The notes under the pieces were generated by a model. The model searched no databases. It had not been told where the DNA came from and saw nothing but the letters and a program-made list of their open reading frames with translations. This document shows, one piece after another, positions 52,436 to 64,000 of a stretch of DNA of 64,000 bases. Position numbers and translations under genes: made by a program. Source of the DNA: Chiloscyllium plagiosum. Its lineage: Eukaryota. The stretch is taken from contig NC_057753.1 of NCBI RefSeq assembly GCF_004010195.1, positions 5,853,488 through 5,917,487 on the forward strand. The letters run 5' to 3'. Positions within the stretch are counted from its first letter, which is position 1, and each line of letters opens with the position of its first letter.

Positions 52436-52947
52436 ACATCACAGTGTCCACACTGGGAATAAACACTTCACCGGCTGAGTGTGGTACAGGATTTATTTAG
52501 TTATGAAGTCGACTGTCACACCAGCAAGTCCATCCAGAGGAGAGACCAGTTACCTGTTGAGTGTAGGATTTTCACTGACTCGCGGAGTCACCAGCATTTT
52601 TGCAGTGAAGAGAGACCTTTTAATTTTCCAGACTGTGGAAGCACTTTAAAGATTTTGGGGACCTGATGTCCCATCAATGTGTTTGCAATGATGAGAGACC
52701 ATTTAGATGGTCCGACTCCAAGCGATCATCTCACTTCACTGCATACCAGCAAGTTCACTCTCATGACAAGCCAGTCACCTCTTCCCATTGTGGAAAGGGG
52801 TTCACTCTGTTATTCCACCTTTAGGCACATAAACAATTTAAAGCAACTGCAGAGTTTGTGCATTTTGCCAACTCAAGTGGTTTACCATTGGTAAGGAGGA
52901 GCTATCAGGTGTCTGTTTTTAAAGTTAGTGAGACGTTGGGTCTGGAG

Positions 52948-53223
52948 TAGATTAGATTCCCTACAGTGTGGAAACAGGCCCTTCGGCCCAACAAGTCCAC
53001 ACCGACCCTCCGAAGTGTTACCCGCCCAGACCCATTTCCCTCTGACTAATGCATCTACACTATGGGCAATTTGACATGGCCAATTCACCTGAACTGCGGG
53101 AGGAAACTGGAGGTAACCCACGCAGACACGGGGAGAATGCGCAGGCAGTCACCTGAGGCTGGAATTGATCCTGGGACCCTGGTGCTGTGAGGCAATATTG
53201 CTAACCACTGAGCCACTGCGCCA
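52948..53223 (-). mobile_element. HE1/V-SINE
   Basis: Reverse-complement SINE with tagattagatt tail. Confidence 0.88.
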
Positions 53224-53389
53224 ATCCGAGGATACTGAAGGAAGTGAGTTTGGAAACTGTAGAGGCAGTTGTCAATATTTGTCAACCATAACACTTGGCA
53301 ATGGTACCAGAGAATTGGAGATTTATAAACAATAATTTGAGTTAACATCACGTAGATGGTTACTGGCAAATTAAGCAGAGCTGGCATAA

Positions 53390-56300
53390 CATAAAACATA
53401 GAACAATACAGCGCAGAACAGACCCTTTTTGCCCTCAATGTTGCACTGGCCTGTGAACTACTCTAAGCCTATCACCCTACACTATCCCATCATCATAGAA
53501 CGTAGAACAATGCAGCACTAAACAGGCCCTTTGGCCCTTGAGGTTGTGCCAACCTGTGAACTAATCTAAGCCCATCCCCCTACACTAACCCACCAACATC
53601 CAAGGTTTGTTTCAGTCTCCCTAATGTGGCTGAGTTAACGACATTGGAAGGCAGGGCATTCCATGCAATTACCAATCTCTGAGTAAAGAACCTGCCTCTG
53701 ACATCTGTCTTAAATCTATCACCCCTCAATTTGTAGCTACGCCCCTCATACAAGCTAATGTCATTATCTTTGGAAAAATACTTTCACTGTTACCCTATCT
53801 AATCCTCTGATCATCTTGTATGTCTCTATCAATACCACTCTCTGCATAAAGAACCTGCCTCAGACATCTGTCTTAAATCTATCACCCCTCAATTTGTAGC
53901 TATGCCCCTCATACAAGCTAATGTCATTATCTTTGGAAAAATACTTTCACTGTCTACCCTATCTAATCCTCTGATCATCTTGTATGTCTCTATCAAATCC
54001 TCTCTTAGCCTTCTTCTTTCCAATGAGAACATACCCAAGTCTCTCAGCCTTTCCTGATAAGACCTTCCCTCCAGACCAGGCAACATTCTGGCAAATCTCC
54101 TCTGCACCTTTTCCAATGCTTCCACATCCTTCCTGTAATGGGGCGACCTGAACTGTACACAATATTCTGACTGAGGACACACTAGTGTTTTGTACAGTTG
54201 CAGCATGACATCATGGCTCTGAAAGTCAATCTCTCTACCAATAAAACCTTACACATGGTATGCTTTCTTAACAGTACTATCAACCTGGGTGGCAACTTTC
54301 AGGGATCTATGTACATGGACACCAAGATCCCTCTGCACACCCACATTACCAAGAATCTTTCCATTGACCCAGTATTCTGCTTTCCGGATGTTCTTCCCAA
54401 AGTGAATCACCTCGCATTTATCTGTATTGAACTCAATTTGCCACCTTTTAGCCCAATTCTGTAGTTTCATCCAAGTTCCCCTGCAACCTGTAACATTCTT
54501 CCAAACTGTCCACTACTCTACCGACTTTAGTATCATCTGCAAACTTACTAACCCATCCACCTATGCCTGCGTCCAAGTCATTTATAAAAATGACAAACAA
54601 CAATGTTCCTAAAACAGATCCTTGTGGCACACCACCAGCAACAGGACGCCAGGCTGAACAGTTTCCATCAACCACCAGTCTTTGCATTCTTACAGAAAGC
54701 CAGCTTCTAATCCAAACTGCAAAATTACCTTCAATCCCATGCCTCTGCATTTTCTCCAAAGGCCTAGCATGTGGAACCTTATCAAAGGCTTTACTGAAGT
54801 CCATGTACACCACATCAACTGCCCTATCATCATCCACATGCTTGGTCACCTTCTCAAAAAACTCAATGCAGTTTGGGAGACATGGCCTGCCCTTGACGAA
54901 TCCATGTTGACTATTTCCAATCAAATTGTTGCTTGCGAGATGATTATAAATCTTATCTCTTATTATCCTTTCCAAAGTGTTTCCTACCACAGACGTAAGG
55001 CTCACTGATCTATAATTACCTTGGTCATCTCTACTGCCATTCTTGAACAAGGTCACAACATTTGCAATCCTCCAGACCTCTGCTACTAAACCTGTAGACA
55101 ATGATGATGCAAAGATCAAGGCCAAAGGCTCAGCCATCTCCTCCTTGATTCCCAGAGAATTCTCAGAAAAATCACATCCAGCACAATGGACTTACCTACT
55201 TTCAAACCTTCTAGAACTGATAACACCCCTCCTTACTAACCTCCATCCATTCAAGTCTAATAGCCTTTCAGTCTTCTTCTCTACAATATTCTCCTTTTCC
55301 TGATGAAAACAGATGAGAAATATTTGTTTGGCACCCCTCCAATCTCCACAGGTTCTACACACAACTTCCCACTTCTGTCTTTGACAGGCCCTATTCCTAC
55401 CCTAGTCATCCTTGTATTCCTCACATACCTACAGAAAGCTTTAGGGTTCTCCTTTATTCTATTTGTCAAAGACTGCTCATGTCCTCTCCTTGCTCTTCCT
55501 AACTCTCTCTTTAAAACCTTCCCAGCTGACCTGTAACTCTCCATCACCTCATCTGAATCATCTCACCTCATTGTCACAAAAGCCTTCCTCTTCCAATTAA
55601 CAAGAGATATAATTTCTGTCATAAACCATGGTTCCCTTACCTTATCACTTCCTCCCTGCCTGACAGGGATATACCTATCAAAGACAAGCAATGTCAATTC
55701 CTTAAATCAGCTCCTCATTTTGATTGTCCCCATGCCCTACGTTTTGCTGCCCCATTCTATGCCTCCTCAGTCTTGTTTAATCGCATTATAATTGCCCTTC
55801 CCTCATCTATAACCCTTGCTCAGTGCCATGCGCCTATCCTTTTCCATCACGAATCTAAACAAAATCGAATTATGGTCGCTGTCTCCAATGAGCTCACTAC
55901 AACTTAATCAAAAACCTGGCCTGGTTCATTACGAAGTACCAGATGCAGTGTGGCCTCCCCTCTTTTCGGCCATTCAACATACTGTGTCAGGAAACCCTCC
56001 TGCACACATTGGACAAAAACTGATCCGTCTGATGTACTAGGGTCATAGGGATTTGTTAAAGTCTCCCAAAATGCCCACTCTGTTCCTTCCACTCCTGCCC
56101 AGAATCGATTTGCCAATCCTCTCGTCCACATACCTGGAACTCTGCAGAGGGTGTACAAAACTTACAGCAATGTGACCTCTCCTCTCCTGTTTCTAACCTC
56201 AGCCCATACCACCTCAGTAGACGAGTCTTTGTCAAACGTTCTTTCAGCCACCGTTATACCATCCAATAGTAACAAAGCCACACCTCCCCTTCTTTTACCA

Positions 56301-56740
56301 CCTTCCTTGATCCTAATGCAAGTCTTAAGCCCTGGAACCTGCAAAACCCATTCCTGACCTTGCTGTAGCCATTTCTTAAAAATGGCCACAACATCGACGT
56401 CCCAGGTATCTATCCATGCTGCAAGCTCACCTACCTTATTCCAGATATCCCTGACATTGAAGTTGAGACACTTCAAATCAGCTTGCAGTCTGCCAGCACA
56501 TTCCTGTGACCATGAAATCCTATTAATGTCCTCCCTACTCTCAGCCTCCTGTGTACTGGAACTAAAACAGGTTCCCATCACCCTGCTGATCTAGTTTAAA
56601 CCCACCCGAATAGCACCAGCAATTTCCCACACAGGATATTAGTACCCCTCTGGTTCAAAAAAAGACTGTCCTTTTTGTAGAGATCCCATATCCCCAGAAC
56701 GAGCCCCAATCATCCATACACTTGAAACCCACCCTCTTGC
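53390..56740 (-). mobile_element. CR1 LINE: ORF1 esterase C-terminus plus nearly all of ORF2, disrupted
   Basis: ORF1 end ..LNQRGTNIL...VGLN* (~56590-56680). EN: FNVRDIWNKVGELAAWI..RGGVALL. RT 54448-55137: DFSKAFDKVPH..GVPQGSVLG..FADDTK. Duplicated 3' tail and a 163-bp internal duplication. Confidence 0.93.
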
Positions 56741-57069
56741 ATTACCTGAAACCTGCAACTCCTCCACCTAACACTAAGGAAATTCTGTGTTTAACTAACT
56801 TAATGTAGTTTTTGTGGAAGTCACAGATAGGGTTGATCACCTGTGCTGTTGATGTGACGTATGTTGACTTTCAAATGGCATCTGATAGCATAACAGCCTT
56901 GTGTGCAAAGTTTGAGTGTACTTAATAAAAGCGATAGTAGCAGCATCAAAGTTGTAGAATTGGCTGATTGACAGGAAACAGTAGAGATGAATTCATATTT
57001 TAAAGGCTGGAGGAAGTCTTGTGCTGGAGTTTCCCAGGGGTCAGTTTTAGGACACTTGATTTTCTTATT

Positions 57070-57800
57070 CCCTTGGGAATGGCATCAACTGGGACCTTGG
57101 GTTCATGTCATGCTACAGCTGACCCCACTATTTTACATATTCTCTCTCACGGGCATGCTTATGTGCACACGCATGCATACACACACACACACACAGAAAC
57201 ACAGACACACACACACACATCCTCTAACGCCATTACACTCACACACAGACACACATTCTTTCACAGTCACACTCCCACTTGCACACACTCACGTGGTTTT
57301 CCCTGCACGCACACACACAAGTTTGTGGGGGGTCTTTGTATTTGAAGAATTACATTTTATTTTGCTCAAAAACTGCATAAATCCATGTAAGGTTCTGTAA
57401 CTCCCACTTTAGAAATACAATCCGTCTGACCTAATATTGGGAATCAGACGGATTTTAACTCCACACCTTCAATGCATTATCTGAGCTGAGATCGCACCTA
57501 TTGTTAAAAACTGTGCTGAGAATGTAACGTTGAAAAAGTTATGGGATTTACATATGAAGGAACCGAAACTAACATAATCATTTTAAAAGATGGAAGACGT
57601 AGGCTAAATTTGTTTATTATTACATTCCATGACACTGCAATCCTGTTGCTTTAAAGCCTGTGTCTTATAATTCTGCTTCACAATCACCTGATGAAGGAGC
57701 AGCGCTCCGAAAGCTAGTGATTCCAAATAAACCTGTTGGACTATTACCTGATGTTGTGTGATTTTTAACTTTGTCCACCCCAGTCCAACACTGGCATCTC
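57070..57800 (+). mobile_element. Penelope-like element 3' end (ORF terminus, CA-rich tract, terminal repeat)
   Basis: GNGINWDLGFMSCYS* resembles the PLE ORF end GLNRDLGF; (CA)n tract; terminal repeat containing a hammerhead. Confidence 0.75.
57682..57722 (+). ncRNA. Minimal type I hammerhead ribozyme motif
   Basis: AATCAC-CTGATGA-A-GGAGC-AGC-GCTCC-GAAAG-CTA-GTGATT: helix I AATCAC/GTGATT, intact core, 5-bp helix II, palindromic AGCT helix III, NUH triplet CUA. Confidence 0.7.
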
Positions 57801-58262
57801 CAATTCTTTCCTATTATAAGTTGTCACCAATGGATTTAAAATGATCCTTCATAGATTCTGACAATTGGGTTTAGTGACAATTTGTGAACAGTCTAGCAAT
57901 GCTGTTTGCTGTAATCATCTTAGTAGATTTAGCAGCAGCCTAACAGAAGTTGCTTGTAAACTCAGTCAACTAGACAATGAACATTTCTTATACTGCCTGC
58001 TGGGACTGGAATATTGAAGTATTATGTAATAAGCTAACAAAAAGACAGATTGCCTCCTTACAACCTCCAACTTTGAAGCATTGCAATTTCCCTATTCTGT
58101 GAAGTCATATGTTAACTTCAGAGGTTGCTCATAGACAGTTGTTGATCTGCGATGCAGTGCTTTCTCATGATGGTAACTGCCCTCCCCTACCAACCCTAAG
58201 GTGGCACTGCTAGATGTTAAATTTTGACTAATTTGAAATGTTGGAATTTTTAAATAGCAGTT

Positions 58263-58515
58263 GATTAGATTAGATTAGATTACAGTGTGGAAACAGGTCC
58301 TTCTGCCCAACAAGTCCACACCGACCCGCCGAAGCGCAACCCACCCATACCCCTACATTTACCCCTTACCTAACACTACGGGCAATTTAGCATGGTCAAT
58401 TCACCTGACTGGCACATCTTTGGACTGTGGGAGGAAACTGGAGCACCCGGAGGAAACCCACGCAGACACAGGGAGAACGTGCAAACTCCAACACAGTCAG
58501 TCACCTGAGGCAGGA
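58263..58515 (-). mobile_element. HE1/V-SINE (5' truncated)
   Basis: (gatta)n tail and well-preserved V-core in reverse complement. Confidence 0.88.
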
Positions 58516-58584
58516 AGGTTCAGGCCTTCATGTTTCTTTATGCAATATTAAAAAAAATCACAGAACCTCATGGGGGGCGGGGGG

Positions 58585-59815
58585 ATTATAGTCCATCAGG
58601 TTTATTTGTAAGTATAAGCTTTCGGAGAGCTACTCCTTCGACAGATCGGAGGAGGGGTAGGATCATAGGACACAGAATTAATAGTAAAAAATAGAGTGTC
58701 ATACAACTAATACAATGTATTGAACGAATCGAGCTTTTAATCACTTAGAATGGGGATACAGGTTTTGATTTAATATGTAAGTCCTAGAACTTCTTTTAAG
58801 TCACTATGATAACTTAATTTTTTTATGAGAAAAAATTGACATCTCAGCTCAGACAATGCTTTGTGAGGTTCGAGTCGATCTGTATCCCAATCTTTACTCA
58901 GACTAGTTCTATTTCCAAAGTAGGAATTGGTTAAAAATGTCACTTAAACTGACTGTCAACAGATTGTGTGCTTTTTGAACAAGATATAATGCATTGCAAA
59001 TGCAAATTCACCTCGTGGACTTGTGTGTGCGAGGGAGAGAGTGTGTGTGTCGGAGAGAAGGGGACAGTGTGTATGTGAGTGTTGTGTGCATTTGCTTGTT
59101 AGAGTGTGGGTGAGTATGATGCGCCAGTATGTGCCTATGAGCGTGTGCATGTGAGTATTAGAGTGTGCATATCTGAGAGAGAGTGTGTGTATTAGAAAGA
59201 ATCTGTATGAGTTTGATTGTGTGTAAGAGTGTGTGTGTGTGTGCGAATGTATAGTGCAGTGTGGTCACCTGTAATGTAACATCAATCCAAGATCCTATTT
59301 GAGGCCATCTCCATGGGTACTAAATCTGGCTATAAGCCTCTGCTTGGTGACTCTGCCTTGCTGTCCTGAAGTCCGCCTTGGAGGATGGTCACCCGAATGT
59401 CTAAGGCTGAATGTTCAAAGAGCACACAGTGTGTCAGCAGTCGGTCCATGTGATATTTTATTAATTCCTACTTTGGAAATTGAACTAGTCTGACTAAAGG
59501 TTGGGATGCAGACAGACTCTAACCTCATATCTTTAATACGTTGTCTGAGCTGAGAAGTCATATTCTTCATGAAATTTTCAGTTACCTTGGGTATGTAGCT
59601 TCAAAGAATATAGTAATGAATTGAAACCTGCATCCCCATGGTAAGTGATTAACGGCTTAACTTCAATCTAAGTTTGTTCAGTGATCTTTGACTACTTGCA
59701 AAGGAGTAGTGCTCCAAAAGCTTATACTTCCAAGTAAACCTGTTGGATTATAACCTGGTGTTGAGTGATTTTTAACTTTGTCCACCCGAGTCCAACACCG
59801 GTTCCTCCAAATCAT
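58585..59815. mobile_element. Penelope-like element with inverted terminal repeats
   Basis: Minus arm 58585-59420 includes DIRVTILQGGLQD..QRLIARFSTHGDGL, a (GT)n tract and a degenerate hammerhead. Plus arm ~59440-59815 ends in the same terminus as 57730-57800. Confidence 0.75.
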
Positions 59816-60382
59816 GGCTTCATATAACATTTGCTGATGATATCAAAGCAATACGAGTAAAGCTTTCAGCCTATTAGAAACAATAGTCACAGACATGCAC
59901 GGGTGCGCTTGTAATTCATTAACTTTATTTTGACAAAGCCACAAAGTAGAGATTACATTTCTGCAGTATTTGTCAGACAACATTTCAAGGAAATTTATCG
60001 AGAAGGAATGGTTCATAACTCTTGGATTGCTGGATAGCCAATCAACTACCCCTGCAAAGTAATTCTAGACTGCTAACTGCAGCTCTGGACTTTAGGACTA
60101 AACCTGATCAACATGAGCAGACAAAAACTGATATCCATCAATCACTTCAAATGGTAAATTGCCATTAAATGGATAATGTCTTTGCTTCTTTTTCTTTATG
60201 CATAGCTATCCTTGCAGGTCTGTGAATAAGACTGTATTGTGAATAAGCAGGACATCATCACCCCCATAATGAGTGTGTCGATAAATTTACAACATGAATG
60301 TTGCAGTCCTTACAAAGCTAAAAGTCCATAAAGGGAGCGGCGAAAGATGCCACGGTAAAACTTGAATCAAAGGATATGAGAA

Positions 60383-61530
60383 ATGGACAAAGTTAAAAAA
60401 TCACGCAACACCAGGATATGATCTGTGGGATATAGGTAAATTAATGTTTCTTCTGCAGATCTGCAATTCTGCAATTATAATTTCTGATACAGAGTAAATG
60501 AGCTCACATCAATGTGTAATTGTTTTAGCCAAGAGCTGAGTCAACAAGAATGGAAACTATGTAAAGGAAATATATAATTGTTTTCGTATCAGTTAAAAAT
60601 GGTATGTTAGCATGAAACGTGATTGCAAAACAATGGTAGACGTATGGGCAAATCGATAAGAAGTTGTAAGGGGATGACCTCGGCTTGTATAACAGTAGGT
60701 AAAAACATCTGTTTCCCACTTGTACAGAGACACAGGAACAAACCCTAATTAAAGAGGTCATAAAGATCAGAGTGGCCTCCGGAGAGGCCCAGATGGAAAG
60801 AATATGCCTAACGATGACCTGCAGTGGGATGACGTCAAACGACCTTATGAGGCCAGAGATAAGCATTCTATCACAGACAAGGCCGGATAAGCAGGGATGG
60901 TGGGATCAGTCTTAGGGAAGTGAATGATGTAAATGGGGGTGGGGAAACAATGAAATAATGAAAAATATGTAGGAACCCAAATTATATAAATTTCGAGAGT
61001 GTGTTGAATTTGGTGTGTTTTTGTCCTCTGCCTTGCCCGGCAGTAGACATTACACCCACCTGCAAGTGTAAAAGTAAAGGACACTACTGATTCAGATTTT
61101 TGTCTCGGACTGCAATAATTGAAGTGAGTGAGCTTTGTTTCTCACATGATCCAACAGGTTTATTTGGAAGCGCTAGCTTTCGAAGTGCTGCTTCTTCATC
61201 AGGTGATTGTGGAGCAGGACCAGAAGACACAGAATTTATAGCAAGATTACAGTGATATAGTGATACATTGAACATAAATTGTTAAGTCTTTGATCTTTTA
61301 GAATGGATTTGAATAGAAAAGATGGAAGACTTAACAATCTAGGTTTGTTCAATGTATCATTGCATCTGTGTAATCGTTCGCTCTTACTTCTGTGTTTTAT
61401 GTCCTGCTCCGCAACTACGTGATGAAGGAGCAGTGCTCCGAAAGCTCAGTGCTTCCAAATAAACCTGTTTGTCTATAACCTGGTGTTGTGTGATTTTTGA
61501 CTTTGTCCACCCCAATCTAACACCGGCTCC
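60383..61530. mobile_element. Penelope-like foldback element split by a solo LTR
   Basis: Left end ggacaaagttaaaaaatcacgcaacaccagg is the reverse complement of ~61479-61508. Opposed degenerate hammerhead cores at ~61175-61203 (-) and ~61419-61446 (+). Confidence 0.75.
60424..61146 (+). mobile_element. Solo LTR, 723 bp
   Basis: TGTGGGA...TCTCACA inverted termini (TG..CA); 5-bp TSD TGATC (60419-60423 / 61147-61151); TATATAAA ~60983; AGTAAA ~61073. Removing it restores the host repeat. Confidence 0.82.
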
Positions 61531-61689
61531 TGCAAATTGAAAAATGAAGAGAGATGGGTGCTTTACAACTGTGCGACCAGCGCAGAGATGATGAAGTGTT
61601 GGGCTTTTTACCCCTGCACCGCAGTGCAGACCCCTCTAACTCCAGCAACAACCTTGACACGATGGGCCAAAGGGCTTTCTCCGCGCTAA

Positions 61690-62330
61690 TTGATCTCTCT
61701 GACTCATCGATGAGCTGAAAGACCAATGAGAGGAGAGGGGGCGGGCAACGGCCAGGGCCCGGGCCAGGGCCAGCCAATGGGACTGAATCAGGGGCGGGGC
61801 AAAACCGCGCGCGGGGCCAAGGGCTTTGTCCCCCCCCCCCCGATATAACTCTCTGACCCACATTGGGAAGGGGCGGGGCTTGGCCAGGCTCGGCCAATGG
61901 AACCGAGGCAGGGGCGGGGCTGGGTCAGGGGCAGCCAATGGAACGGAAGGCGAGGCGGGGCTAATCCGCGCGCTTTGTGTGGGGGGGCGTTGGGAGAAAA
62001 CGTCCTACGCAAGCGCGCTGTGCGGTTGTGATCGAAGGGTGTGGGAGAAGACGGCAAAGGGGGACAATTGGAACCAGTCTGAGAAGGAGCTCGGAGAAAC
62101 ATCCGGTGTACGCCGCCACGTGCGATTTCCATGCTCCCGGTCCCGACTTTGCTGCAAATGCTAAACGGCCGAGGGCCTCGGGGTGGGGTTGCATTCGCCG
62201 GCCATCTTTGTTCGGGGCAACCTGTGGCCGGCGCATGTGGATCGCCATCTTTGTTCGGGGCAGTGCGCTCCCGGGGGACGTTCGGAAGGCGAGCAGTGAT
62301 ACGCGGTGCAAATTCACAGTGTGGTTCGTT
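61690..62330. promoter_or_regulatory. CpG-island promoter (NF-Y, Sp/KLF, ETS, YY1 motifs) of an unidentified gene
   Basis: Only CpG-rich stretch in the window. CCAAT at 61723, 61774, 61894, 61935; GC boxes at 61737, 61791, 61870, 61911, 61952; GCCATCTT at 62201 and 62244. Confidence 0.82.
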
Positions 62331-62984
62331 TACTGAATTTCTGGGGGTGGGTTGCGATTTGGAAACTCCCTTTGTCAGGGAGGTTGGAAGGCGAGGACTT
62401 ATGCACGAATTGCAATTTCAGAAATGTTTGTTTATTCTCAATTCCTGTGCCTGGCTGACCATGTACACTCTGTGCGCACTTTCTAAACAGGATAATAGAG
62501 CAGCATCCACAGACGGCAAGCTCTGAACAAACTGCACAGCGAGATCTGCCACAGTTACCCTATTCACAAGGACTTGGATATCACTGGCCTCTGACCGTGG
62601 AGTGATAAAGATCTGGGAAGGATTTCAGGTACGGATTTGACTGCAAAAGCACAGGGATATTGGAAATTCTGCTTAGGCCCACTCCTGGAGTCTTCAGCTC
62701 TGGATACTCAGGAGGTTGATCCCATACTGGCTGCCTGAAAAATAATTCAGTTTATCTCGTTCGCTTCTCTGATCTTGGAAGCCCTGCAAGCTTATTTACC
62801 TTTGGTGCTGATCGAACTTCCTTTATCTTGCACTCATCTGCACTTCCACCACCCACACAGGCAGTGTATTCTGCATATTATCAGTCACTGCATGAAAAGA
62901 AAAGCTTGGTCCATTTATATCTATCAGTTTCTTTCCTCTAATCCGATGCCATCACCCTCTGGAAATAACTTTGCCTGCTTTCTT

Positions 62985-63615
62985 TAGAACATAGAACGTT
63001 ACAGTGCAGTACAGGCTCTTTGGCCCTTGATGTTGTGTTGACCTGTGAAAATAATCTGATGCCCATCTAATTGACACTGTTCCATTATTATCCATATGTA
63101 TATCCAATGCCCATTTAAATGCCCTTAATGTCAGCGAGTCTATTACTGTTGCAGGAAGGCGTTTCCACGCCCCAACTATTCTGAATGACAAAACTACCCC
63201 TAATATCTGTCCTAAATCTGTTACCCCTCAATTTAAAGCTCTGTCCCCTCATGTTAGTCTTCACCATCTGAGGGGGAAAAAGTACTTTATTTAAGCATTT
63301 TGTAATCTTGTACAACTCTATCAACTATCCCAACTACTTTCCTTGAAGGGGAATAATCCCAGTTTTTCCAAACCAAATCTTGTGACTAAAACTTTTTTCT
63401 TCCCAGGAATCGTCTGGTAATTTCTGCTCTGTTATCCTAAGGACATTCGTTCCTGAGGAGTGAGCAGAGATGGACACAATACTTGAGTCGTGACCAAACC
63501 AGACTTTTATAAACTTTTCCCTGCGTTTGTTCCCATTACCTCTGTTTCTGAAGCCAAGATCCAAAATAGTTTTCAACCTGCTCTCGGTATATCCTGTCAC
63601 CTTTGTAAAAGGTTT
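62985..63615 (-). mobile_element. CR1 3' fragment
   Basis: IELYKITKCL..RGQSFKLRGNRFRTDIR and RIVGAWKRLP..FKWALDIHMD; tail tagaacatagaac. Confidence 0.82.
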
Positions 63616-63829
63616 TGCACGCATGCGTCGGCCACAGGTTGCCCCCCAAAAAGATGGCAGGGGTGCCCGTTTCTGCATCAGCCCTCAGCCCTGCTCTTTC
63701 AATTTGTGCCCTTCAGAATATGTTCACTTGCCCCACTTCTTTTGTGTTTTCTAAAGAAGAATCAACTTTGATACAAAATATTAACTTGCCTTCTCTCCCA
63801 TTGAATCATAGAGCTTTAAAGCATGGATT

Positions 63830-64000
63830 GATTAGATTTTAGATTAGATTACATTACAGTGTGGAAACAGGCCCTTCAGCCCAACAAGTCCACACCGACC
63901 CGCTGAAGCATAACCCACCCATACCCCTACATTTACCCCTTACCTAACACTACGGGCACTATAGCATGGCCAATTCACCTGATCTGCACATCTTTGGACT
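63830..64000 (-). mobile_element. HE1/V-SINE 3' part (runs off the window)
   Basis: Same sequence family as 58263-58440. Confidence 0.85.

Larger units (their letters stand above)
51341..52850 (+). pseudogene. C2H2 (Kruppel-type) zinc-finger pseudogene, broken by frameshifts, stops and two insertions
   Basis: Finger/linker remnants in shifting frames: EKPWECGDCGKRFTSTSKLEMH, CGKGFTPSTHLL..VHTG, GFTHSSNQLKHQRVH, TGERLFICSECGKGFTQS, HQQVHPEERP, HCGKGFTLLFHL*AH. Candidate acceptor ggtttcacAG at 51340. Confidence 0.85.

Noticed and set aside
56987..57400. His/Thr-rich ORFs
   Set aside because: Translation of the (CA)n tract of a Penelope-like element joined to a CR1 fragment.
61517..62526. Several 100-130 aa ORFs on both strands
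   Set aside because: Pro/Arg/Gly-rich by-products of the GC-rich promoter, with no recognisable domain.
1..64000. CRISPR arrays, prokaryotic operons or an intact autonomous retroelement
   Set aside because: No regularly spaced short repeats, the DNA is clearly vertebrate, and every LINE or Penelope ORF seen has stops or frameshifts.

Overview
This is eukaryotic genomic DNA, most likely from a cartilaginous fish (elasmobranch), judging by HE1/V-SINE copies and CR1, Rex1 and Penelope-like retroelements. Bases ~1.2-45.6 kb are a head-to-tail segmental array with a ~19-22 kb period. Each unit carries a two-exon, minus-strand orphan class A GPCR gene of the shark 'GPR139/142-like' type. Two copies are complete (323 aa: 22937-23006 + 19890-20791; 329 aa: 44522-44591 + 39899-40818); for the third only exon 1 (3736-3805) is in the window. 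All three copies have a TATA box 50 bp and a homeodomain + O/E(EBF)-like composite 69 bp upstream of the ATG, an architecture typical of vertebrate olfactory-receptor promoters. This suggests a possible unrecognised chemosensory receptor family (inference). The right part holds a decayed C2H2 zinc-finger pseudogene, a long CR1, Penelope-like elements with minimal hammerhead ribozyme motifs, a 723-bp solo LTR with a 5-bp TSD, and a CpG-island promoter built from CCAAT/GC-box and YY1 modules. Two decayed tRNA pseudogenes lie near 13 kb. Repeat boundaries are approximate and were set by eye; no database search was run.
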